DNA from: Chiloscyllium plagiosum | Taxonomy: Eukaryota | Length of the DNA stretch: 64,000 nt | Direction: 5' to 3' | NCBI RefSeq assembly: GCF_004010195.1 | Contig: NC_057760.1 | Span: 2,146,343-2,210,342 of the forward strand | In this document: positions 26,668 through 37,595 of the stretch, piece after piece | Numbering within the stretch: the first letter of the stretch is position 1 | How the letters are laid out: each line of letters opens with the position of its first letter | Made by a program: the position numbers and the translations under genes | Notes under the pieces: model-generated | Seen by the model: the letters and a program-made list of their open reading frames with translations, nothing else | Told to the model about the DNA's origin: nothing | Database searches by the model: none

Positions 26668-27921
26668 CGAACTTTCCAGACGCTTCTAGAACTTTCCAAA
26701 GCGGGAAGATCTGCTTTACTTTCGACAAACCCACAGCCACGATTATTTAAAAGTAGTTGGACGGTTTAAAAGGACTTTTTTCTCTCTCATAATGGTTCCA
26801 GAACACTCCACACGCCCCGTTGGATGATGTTCTAGAACATTCCAGAAAGGGATCCAGCCTTTACAGAGAAAACAGACAGAAAGGAACAGAGAAAAAAAAA
26901 TCTTTCTCCACGAAAAAAAAATTCCCAGGGAAGGGATGGGAATGTTACGTTAAATTATTTCAGAACTGGATCCGGAGGGGAAACGTTCTGGTGTGTTCTA
27001 GAAGTTTCCAAAGTTAAAAATCACACAGCACCAGGTTATAGTCCGAGAGGTTTATTTGGAAGCACTAGCTTTCGCAGCGCTGCTCCTCCACTCTATGACT
27101 CTATAAATCGGAATTCCGAGTGGAAACTGGCTCGATTTGGTCGACAGAACATTCTGGAATATTCCAGGCAAAGATCCAGAACTCTCGAAGTCCAGTTCCA
27201 GGGAAATATACAGACCGTTCTAGAATATTCCAGGGGGCAGCATCCGAAACTCAGAGTGATAAGGTCCAAATCATTCCAGATTATTTCCAGGGAAAGATCC
27301 GGAACTCTCGAAGATTGTTTCCAGGGAAATAAAAGAATGTTCTAGAATACTCAGAGGAACATCCGAAACTCAAAGAGATAAGGTCTGCATCATTCCAGAA
27401 TATTCTGGGGAACATCCAAAACTCAAGGAGTACGTTCCAGGGAAAGGTCTGGACCGTTCTGGAATATTCCAGGGGAATACCCCGACCCCTACAAGATCCG
27501 TTTTCAGGGATGCATTAGAACATTCTGGAAAATGTCATAAATAGATCCAGGGAATATTCAAGATTATCCTAGAAAATTGCAATTAAATTGTACTTGAAAA
27601 TTGCAAGTTGGGGGAGAGGGGGGAGGTTCCCAGAGCTCTATAAGATAGATTCCAGGGAAGATCTAGAACGTTCCAGAAAATTCCAGAGCTTTGCCGCAGA
27701 TTTGGCGATTGCCAAAAAAAAAACAGTCCAGGCACTCAAGGAAATGTCCAGACGTGATGGGATTTGACAAATTGAAAAAGGAAAATATTCCAGAATTTCA
27801 CAGAGAAGGTGCATCAAAATTTTCAATTTTGAATCCAGGATTCATGAGGTTCCTTAAATTTGAATAGATTTACAAATGGGTTTCCTGGGAGGGAACTAGG
27901 AAGTTCTGAAAATTCCTGAAA
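26668..27921. promoter_or_regulatory. Dense cluster of heat-shock elements (HSF-binding nGAAn inverted repeats)
   Basis: At least 11 perfect HSEs of 3 or more units, read directly (coordinates in findings). Confidence 0.75.
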
Positions 27922-28532
27922 TCTCACACTTGCAGAACAAAACAGAATTTCATCGGGGATTTCAACCTACCCTAGGATGTTCCTGATAAAATTGGAAATT
28001 TTCAGATCCTTCCCAATATAGGAATTTGCTTTCTTTCCTTTCTCCTTTGTAGATTTCATATCTGCTGCATCGTCTGCTGAAAATTCCAGGATTTGTAATT
28101 TAAATACCCAAAACTGAGACTTACTGTCCACGAGGCCATCCTACATCCAGTAGGAATGCTCTATCACTTCCCTGTGGGAGTAATGTTAAGGAGAATTGAG
28201 TGGCTGAATTTGCGACATTTTTAGTAAGTGCCACCTCAAAGTCAATGGCCGAGCCAAGATCCTAAGAATTTATTCATCGAAAATTTCAGAATTCAAATTG
28301 ATCGTATATGCAGATCAGTCACAATCTCAGTAAATGTCAGAACAGACTTGACGATCTTAGTCTGTTCCAGTTGTTTTGCCTCACTTGGGTAGCGTGCTGG
28401 AAATCGAGCCCCACTATTTCTGGGGTCAGCACAAAAATTAAAGATTTTATGGAAGTACCCGGGATTCCAGTTTACCTGACTTTCACACCCGGGTTGACAG
28501 AAAGCACAGGCCAGGTTTCTGCATTTATTTCA

Positions 28533-28749
28533 CAGTTAAAAATCACACAACACCAGGTTATAGTCCAACAGGTTTAATTGGAAGCACTAGCTTTCGGAGC
28601 GCTCTCCTTCATCAGATGGCGCAACCACCTGATGAAGGAGCAGCGCTCCGAAAGCTAGTGCTTCCAATTAAACCTGTTGGACTATAACCTGGTGTTGTGT
28701 GATTTTTAACTTTGTACACCCCAGTCCAACACCAACGTCTGCAAATCAT
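28533..28749. mobile_element. Palindromic short element with hammerhead-like cores (family B)
   Basis: Long inverted arms; TSD atttatttca at 28523-28532 and 28750-28759; relatives at 27011-27090, 32845-33063, 40330-40521. Confidence 0.75.
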
Positions 28750-29167
28750 ATTTATTTCATGTCGACATATAGAAATAGAATTAGGTGTTATTGTCACATG
28801 TACTGGAGGAGTTCCGTGAAAGGTTTCCAGTGTTGCCTCTCATGACACCATCTTAGATGCAAAGTACCTAGGTACAAATCGTTGATACAAAAAGAGGAAT
28901 AACTACTAAATAAAACTGATCCGATTACAAACCCCTTTAAACATACACAGAGGAAAGAAAAACATGGATGTTTTGGACGGAGGGAAAATTGAGAAAGCAG
29001 TTCAGTGCTTTCTGTTCACAGGGTCTGTTGAGACGGTTCTTGTGCTGATCAGAAAGCTGCTTCTCAATCTTCCTTCACCGGAGGTTTTCATTGATTTGAA
29101 GGAGGCTGGTTCATACTTTAAAATGTCTCTGACTCTTAAAAGTCACACCTTACAGCACTGCTAAAAG

Positions 29168-29436
29168 ACAGCACGGTACCTCAGTGGTTAGCACTGTTTC
29201 CCTCATAGTGCCAGGGACCCAGGTTCGATTCCAGCCTTGGGTGACTGTGTGAAATTTGCACATTCTCCCTGTGTCTGCATGGGTTTCCTCCCACAGTCCA
29301 AAGATGTGCAGGTTAGGGTGGATTACCCAGGGAAATGCAGGGATAGAGTATGGGGACGGGTCTGGGTTGGATGCTCTTCAAAGATTCTATGTGGACTTGA
29401 TGGGCCAAATGGCCTGCTCCCACACTATAGGGTTTC
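29168..29436 (+). mobile_element. HE1-type V-SINE
   Basis: tRNA head (cagtggttagcactg...ggttcgattcca), V-domain, CR1-type tail. Confidence 0.8.
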
Positions 29437-29949
29437 TTGAAATGAATCTCATCAAATACATAAACGTTTTTTTGGTTTATTCTGAAACATGGATAAATTG
29501 GTGGTATAAGCCTCTCTCGTAAAAACAAATCTGTAGGGTTAAAGAGGCTTTTGATGCAGAGAACACAAAAAGCTCCTGAGCTGGTGGTGATAAATGGCTT
29601 CTCCCCATTCTCGTTCACAACCCCCAAGCAGTTCAGCTGCTTGAGAACCTATCACATAGTTGTTGTCAGTTGAAGGCCTTTGTCATTGATAACTGGACAA
29701 TAGTCCACAGACCTGTTGCCCGACTGAATCTTCATTTGTACTCACCCTTGCCTGCACTGTGTCTGCATCTTCTCCAACTACTGTTTGAAGCAGCAGCTGT
29801 GTAAACAGTACTTCCAATGAGTGTCAAGTTGCTTGCTTTCAAAGAACGTGCAGTAGTTCCTCAGCAATCCTTGGTTTTTAAAACAGATTGTTTCCTGTTT
29901 CAGTCCACATTTAAAAGTACAGAATAATGAAAAGACGTACATTATTCTG

Positions 29950-31515
29950 TGTAATAGGCTTGAGGGGCTGAATGGCTTTCTCGTGTTTGTGTAGCAGACT
30001 GAAGGAGGGGCTGAATGGACTCTTTCTGTAACGAACTGAATGGTCTCCTGTTCTAATGTAATCGGTTCATACAGGCTGAATGACTCCTTGTGTAGCAGGC
30101 TCGAGTAGGGCTAAAATGTCTCCTCCTGTTCCTGTATGGCAGGCTGAAGAGAGGCTGAATGGCCTACTCTTGTTCCTGTGTAAGAAGTTCAAAGAGGGGA
30201 CTGAATGGGCTTCCTATTCCTGCACAACCGGTTTGATAAGGAACTGAACAATCTCCTCATTTTCCTGTGTCAAAGGCTCAAGGTCGCTGAATGAGCCTCC
30301 TCCTGTTCCTGTGTAACAAGGTTGAGAATGGGTTATGTTCCTAGGTAACAAACCTGAGAGGCTGAATGGCCCTTCTCCTATTCCTGTGTAACATACTGTG
30401 AGAAGGGGCTGAATGGCCTTTTTCAGTTACAATGTAGCAATCACTGATGGAGTTGAATGGCCTCTTCCTGTCCCTGTTTCTGTGCAACAGCCTGAAGGGT
30501 TTCAGTACACTCTTTCTGATCACATATAAGAGATTCAAGAAGGGCTGAATGGCTTCCTCTTGATCTTGTACAATGAGGCTGAATGTGCTCATCTTTATGT
30601 GTTGAAAAATGTGTTGCTGGAAAAGCGCAGCAGATCAGGCGGCATCAAAGGAGCAGGAGAATCGACGTTTCGGGCATAAGCTCTGAAGAAGGGCTTATGC
30701 CCGAAACGTCGATTCTCCTGCTCCTTTGATGCTGCCTGACCTGCTGCGCTTTTCCAGCAACACATTTTTCAGCTCTGATCTCCAGCATCTGCAGTCCTCA
30801 CTTTCATCTTTATGTGTAGCAGGCTCAAGTAATGAGTGGCCTTTTTCTCTTTTATCATTCATACATTGCTGGCTGGCCCAGCATTTATTAGAGCCACAGA
30901 GATAAGCAGAACTGAAGCTTGGTCCAACTCCTCCATGCTGACCAGTTATCCTAAATTAATCTAGTCCCATTTGCCAGCATTTGGCCCACATCCCTCTAAA
31001 CCCTTCCTGTTCATATACCAATCCAGATGCCTTTTAAATGTTTTAGTTGTGCCAGCTACCACCTCTTCCTCTGGCAGCTCATTCCATACACACCTCTGTG
31101 TAACAAAAGTGCCCTTTTAAATGTTACCCCTCTCAACTTAAACCTATGCCCCTCTAGTTTTGGACTCCACTACCCTTGGCTATTCACCCTGTCGCTACTT
31201 GCCATGTTGAAGGTGATGGTAAGCTGCCTTCTTTAACCACTGCAATCCTTGATTAACAGGTTCAAAGGGACAGAATGGCCTTCTGCAGGTTTTTGTATAA
31301 CAAAGGGCCTCCTTCTCTTCTGTGAACCAAACTCAAGGGGGCCACTTGTTCTCGTGAGACAAGTTTGAGAGGCTGAATGGGCTCCTCCTGTTCTTTATGT
31401 AACGCACTCAAAGGGCCTGGCTGGCTTCCTTTTGATCCTGTGCAACATTTGAAGAGTTGAATGGGCCTTCTTCTTATCCTGTGTGACATCCTTAAGGAGG
31501 CGAATGGCCTCCTGT
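29950..31515 (+). repeat. Degenerate ~45-bp tandem array (gaggggctgaatggcctcctcctgttcctgtgtaacaggct), interrupted by insertions
   Basis: ggctgaatggc / ttcctgtgta recur many times. Confidence 0.75.
30603..30803. mobile_element. Palindromic Penelope-like short element (family A)
   Basis: ~75-bp near-perfect inverted arms; TSD tcatctttatgtgt at 30589-30602 and 30804-30817. Confidence 0.8.
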
Positions 31516-34224
31516 GTTAGACCCAGAGAGAAGAACAAAGAGATGTCCTGAACATTTCAGTACCAGGATTATTGTGACTTCTAAATGTAACAGAACATAC
31601 AACCAGTCGATTGTGAATATGGGTTAGAAAGCAGAGACAAACAAAATTGAATATTGTGTTCCAGATTTATTGAAACTGTCTTAGAAATCATGAATTATCC
31701 AGACTAAAGTCCCCGGTTTTACTGATTTATCTTTAAACATTTACTGTGTTTTTTTTATTTGATTGGATATATTGTCAAATGTACCCAGGTACAGTGAAAA
31801 TTTTTGTTTTTCATGCAGTACAGGCAAATCATGCAAAGGTCACAACGTGATTGAACAAGAGCAAGGAATACAAAGGTATGGCTGCTAAGAAGGTGAATTG
31901 AGGTTTAAAAGTGCAGAATAATTGTAAAAAATGTGAGAATAAGATCTGCTGTGAGAGCCCACAAAGGGTCGGCCAGTGTCAGTGAATATTGAAGCAGAAG
32001 TAAATTGTTATCTGAGACCATTGCTGATCTCATGTCTCCCACACTGTCTAGAAATCAATCTTGGACTTGATCAGAGATTAATCAGCTAGCTAGGAAACTT
32101 GAGAGGGTTCAGAAAAGATTTACGAGGATATTGCCAGGGTTGGAGGGTGTGGAGGGATATAGGGAGAGGCTGCATAGGCTGAGGCTATTTTCCCTGGAGC
32201 TTCGGAGGCTGAGGGGTGACCTTAGAGAGGTTTATAAAATCACGGGAGGCATTGATAGGGTAAATAGTCAAGGTCTAGATTAGAATGATGCAGGTCAGGC
32301 AGCATCCAAGGAGAAGGAAAATCGACTTTTCGGGCAAAAGCCCTTCCTGATGAAGCATCACTCTAATCTCGACTCTGATCTCCAGCATCTGCAGTCCTCA
32401 CCTTTGCCTAAATAGTCAAGATCTTTTCCCTGGGGTGGAGGAGTCTAGAACGAGAGGGCATAGGTTTAGGGTGAGAGGGAGAAGATTTAAAAGCGACCTA
32501 AAGGGCAACATTTTCATGTAGAGGGTGGTGCATGACTGGAACAAGCTGCCAAGGAAGTAATGGAGGCTGGTATAATGACAACATTTTAAAGGCATCTGGA
32601 TGGGTATATGAATAGGAAAGGTTTAGAGGGATGTGAACTAATGCTGGTAAATGGGACAAGATTTCTTTAGGATATCTGTTCAGCATGGATGAGTTGGACC
32701 GAAGGTTATGTTACACGCTGGAGAGTGAAAGAAGTCCTAGTGAAAGTGAAAGAAATCCAAGCCTATCCAGCCTCTCCCAAACCACCCTCCATTCCCAGCA
32801 ACATCCTGGTAGATCTTCTAAACCCTCTCTAGCTTAATAACTTTGTGGAGGTGCCAGTGTTGGACTGGGGTGGACAAAGGTAAAATCAGACAACACCAGG
32901 TTATAGTCTAACAGGTTTATTTGGAAGCACTAGCTTTCAGAGTGCTGCTCCTTCATCAGGTGGCTGATCCTGCCCCACTAGCTACCTGATGAAGGAGCAG
33001 CACTCCAAAAGCTTGTACTTGCAAGTAAACCTGTTGGACTATAACCTGGTGTTGTGTGATTTTTAGCATAATAGTAGTCTTCCTATAACAGGGCAACCAG
33101 AACTGGAGACAGTACTTGAGGAGACGCCTCACCAATATCCGGTACAACCTCAACATGTCTCCCCAACTCCTATACTCAAAAGTCTGAGCAATTAAGGCAA
33201 TCATGCTAAATGCCTTTTAACCATGAACTTTTACAAGACAGAGCAGATGGCACAAACCTTTCCCTACTTGTGAAAGTGTCAAGAAAGAGACAACACTGAT
33301 TGAAAGTAATTCTCAAAAGAAGCTAAAACAGTATAAAATTGCATCATGTAAGTAGTTTAAGGTCTGAAATGCACTGTTTGGAGGGCACGTTCAGTTGAAC
33401 ATTCAGAAGGGAAATTCAGCTGTTACCTCGTTACGATCCTGGACCAGAACATAACTTTTATGTTACAAACTTGCTAGGGACTAGTGGCTTTTATTTTCAA
33501 AGTAGTCAAAGTGTGTGATGTCTGGGCACATAAACCAAGAGAATAAAGCCACAAGATTCCACTATGTTGAACAAATAATGAACTTTATTATACATTAGAA
33601 CTGTAATATGTTCTACAATATACGCACAATTCATATTTAACACCCAGAATTAACATGATAAATATGACAATAGACTGTGCCTGAACACTGCACAGTGCAA
33701 ATCAAATAGCAAATGTAATCAAAGCAGATCTCACAGATTTCTCACCCAGATACTAAAGACATGATGGTTCATCAAATCCAGTTTTCTAAGAGATTACAAT
33801 TCTTTTGCTAAGCTGTCCCTCTCACAAGTCGCTGTGTTGTGGACTGTCTCAACGACTGCTCCTGTTCTGGTTGATCACCTTCCTTTCCTAGACCTGAGCT
33901 CCCCCGGACTCCGAAATTGCAGGTCAGCACTCACTCGCAAGCATAACTCCAGCCCTCCACCAATAGTTTGAATCAGTCTTATCCCTGAGCTCTACTACCC
34001 CTTTCCACCATGCCCAGCCCAAGTTCCAATCTTGCTCAGCTATATTCAAGCAAATACTGCTTGAAACCCTACTCTCTCAGGTATGCTGAACCCTTAATTC
34101 TCCTGAGTCCTTCAAGGCTATCCCCCAACGCAAAGACAATGACCTTCCCACTTTCTCAGCTCTGCAGAAAATTAGCTATTTCTTTCTGAAGTATATTCAA
34201 TTACTTGCCTTTCACACATTTCTA

Positions 34225-34770
34225 AGGATGTTGAGATTGTACAGGGCGTTGGTGAGGCCTCCTCTGGAGTACTATGTCCAGTTCTGGTCTCCCTGTTACA
34301 GGAAGGATGTCATTAAGCTGGAGAGGATTCAGAAGAGAGTTACCAGGATGTTGTCTGGACTGGAGGGTTTGAATGATAAGGTGAGGCTGGATAGGCTGAG
34401 ACTTTTATCACTGGAGGGTAGGAGGTTCAGGGACAACCTTATAGAAGTTCATAACATCATGAGGGGCATGGATAAGGTGAATGACAGGCATCTTTTCCCT
34501 AGGGTTGGAATTTCAAGATTGGAGGCATATTTTTAAGGTGAGAGGAGAAAGATTTTAAAAAGGCATGAGGCACAATTTTTTTACACAGAGTGGTTTGTGT
34601 GTGGCATGAGTAAGGGTTGGATGTGGGAACAGTTACAACATTTGGATAAGTACATGAATAAAAAATGTTTGCACAGACATGGGCCAAGTGCAGGCAGGGT
34701 GGGACTAGTTTAGTTTGGGAACATGGTCAGCATGGACTGGTTGGGACAAAGGGTCTGTTTCCATGCTGTA
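34225..34770 (+). mobile_element. CR1 LINE 3' fragment
   Basis: LYRALVRPPLEYYVQFWSPCYRKDVIKLERIQKRVTRML peptide. Confidence 0.85.
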
Positions 34771-36879
34771 TGGAGAATCCTGCAGGTTCACCACCTGCTG
34801 AGTGAAGAAATGTTTTCTCATCTGTGTCCCAAATTGTTTCCTCTGTATCTTGAGATCCTTATTCTAGACTCTAGCAGCCCCCCCCGTCCCCGTCCCCGTC
34901 CACGAAACAAGGAAAACATCATCCCTGCATTAAGACTGCCCTTCCTTGCCTGGATTTGATATGTTTCAATGAAACCCTCTGTCATTATTCTAAACTCTGG
35001 TAAATACAGGTCCGGTCAACCCAATCTCTCATCGTATGACAACCCTATTCCAAAAGACTCCTCTCATCCTAAAATAACTGTGTCCTTTGGACTCCTCTTC
35101 CATGACCCACAGACTGTTCTGTGTGACCTATCATAAACCTTGCAATAATTCCCTCCCCGATCGCTGAACAGAATTGAGTGTTTCTAACATTTTGAGATAA
35201 TGGAACTGAGTGTACTCTGGAGGTTACGTTCTCACAGTGTGCTGGAAAAGAAGTTTTAACAACATGTCTTTTCCTTCAGCAATATTAAACTTTACTTGTT
35301 AAATAAAACACAGAAATGTGGGCAGGGTAGGGAAGTGCAGCTGTAGTGCAAATGGTTCCTGTCTTGCTAACACCGGTACTTACAAACGAGATCATGTACT
35401 GTTAATTTTAAAAATCCTATGAGTGAAACGAATGGACATATTATACTGCAGTGTTCCAATTTGCAGAAACATTGACTTACAAACGTACTCAGGATTGGAA
35501 CCCATTTGTAACCCAGGGACCTCCTGTATGTGGATGTTGGTGGACACCCGTATGGTCCCCTTAAGACCACAAGGTGTAGTAGCAGAAGCAGCCCGTTGAG
35601 TCTGCCCCTCCATTCATGGAGATCGTGGCTGATCTGATAATCCTCAACTCCACTCTACAGCATTTTCCTTATAATCTTTGATCCCTGTACTGGGTAAAAG
35701 TCTGAAATAACATTAGGAAGCTGGAGATCCGAAACATACAATTAAACGTCTTTGATCTTGATCTCACTCTTTGTGCACCTTCTCTGCAGCCATTTCACAC
35801 TATCCTTCACTTTGTTCTATTACCCTAATACACTTTGTAAAGTATGATCTGCCTGTACTGCACACAAAACAAAACTTTCACTGTACCCAGGTACATGTGA
35901 CAACAATGAATCAAATCAAATCAAATCAAACCTTGACCTTGAATATACTTAACAACCCAGCCTCTGCAGTCATCTCTAAGCTGAAGAATTCCACAAATTC
36001 ACTGTCTTCTGAGAAAATGAATTTCTCCTCATCTGTCCTAGAAAGGCACACCCTTATTCTGAGAGTATGCTTTCTGGACCTAGACTATCCCACAAGTGAA
36101 AGCAAGCTTTCTGCATCTACCCGATCAAATCTGATAAGAATCTTGTTTGATTCAATAAAGTCTCCTCTCATCTTCTAAACATCGGTAAGTACAGGCCAAA
36201 CCCATCATCCACAAATGCCATTAGTGTCTGCAGCTTGATGACCCTCAACTCCAAGAGTTGGTGCACTGACGTCTGAGCTTCAGATGCTGTGAAGCATCAG
36301 GGAAGGGGGGGGGAAGTTAGCTGAACACTTTGTTCCAAGGGGATCATTACACCTCGTGGATCAGGGGTCACGCCCAAGAGGGAGGCAGAAACGGAGATCC
36401 CAAAGGCAGTCGAGGAGGAACCTCAGCCCTTGAGGAATTGTTCATCAGGTTTGAGGTTCCTACAACCTGCGTGGGTAATAACAGTGGCCAAAGGGAGAAT
36501 GGGTAGACTGACAATGGCACCAAGCCATTCATGTTGGGGAGATTGTTCCTGCAGTGGAAGAACATTGCGTATAGGAGTTGGGAGGTCATGTTGCGGCTGT
36601 ACAAGACATTGCTGAGGCTACGTTTCCTACGTTCTAAGGAGAGACTGGATAGAATGGGACATTTTTCTCTACAGCATTGTAGGTTGAAGGGGTGACTTTA
36701 TAGGCTGTGAGGGGGGTGTCCTCAAAGCATTTCCTCTGCCCTCAGAACTGGTCATTACATGAAGTGGGAGCTTACATGTTGGAGGTGAAATATTAGCCTG
36801 GATAAAAGGATTGGCTAACAAACAAGAAATAGAAAGTTGGGATGAGTAGGTGATTTTCAGATTGGAAAACTGTAACTAG

Positions 36880-37595
36880 TGGAATATTGTGTTCAGTTCC
36901 GGTCTTCCTGCTTTGGAAATATGTTGTTAAATTTGAAAGTGTGCAGAAAAGATTTACAAGAATGTTGCCAGGGTTGGAGGGTTTGAGCGAGAGAGACAGA
37001 GACTGAACAGGCTGAGGCAGTTTTCCCTGGAGAGTCAGAGGCTGAGGAGTGACCTTATACAGGTTTATAAAATCATGAGGGGCATGGATAGGGTGAAGAG
37101 CAGAGGTCTTTTACCCAGGGTAAGGGAGTCCAAAACAAGAGGGCATGGGTTTAAGGTGAGAGGGCAGAAAATATAAAAGGGACCTGAGGGGCAACGTTTT
37201 CACAGAGGGTGGTGCATGTATGGAATAAGCTGCCAGGGGAAGTGATGGAGGCTGGTACAATTACAACATTTAAAAGGCTCATTAAGCAAGATTAAATTAG
37301 GATATCTGATCAGCATAGATGAGTTGGAGATGGAAATGTGTTGCTGGAAAAGCGCAGCAGGTCAGGCAGCATCTAGGGAACAGGAGAATCGATGTTTCGG
37401 GCATTAGCCCTTCTTCAGGCTAATGCCCGAAACGTCGATTCTCCTGTTCCCTAGATGCTGCCTGACCTGCTGCGCTTTTCCAGCAACACATTTCCATCTC
37501 TGATCTCCAGCATCTGCAGACCTCACTTTCTCCTCATAGATGAGTTGGACCAAAGGGTCTGTTTCTGTGCTGTACGTCTCTATGACTCTCTATGA
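36880..37595 (+). mobile_element. CR1 LINE 3' fragment with nested family-A palindromic element (37329-37534)
   Basis: 15-bp TSD catagatgagttgga at 37314-37328 and 37535-37549. Confidence 0.8.

Noticed and set aside
27190..27450. STAT6/BCL6/EBF interpretation of TTCCAGGGAA motifs as the main signal
   Set aside because: Present, but the 5-bp-phased 3-6 unit GAA/TTC alternation fits HSF far better; kept only as a secondary possibility
33429..35189. Possible LTR remnant (gttacgatcc...ctaaca)
   Set aside because: Ends suggestive, but no TSD or second copy to support it
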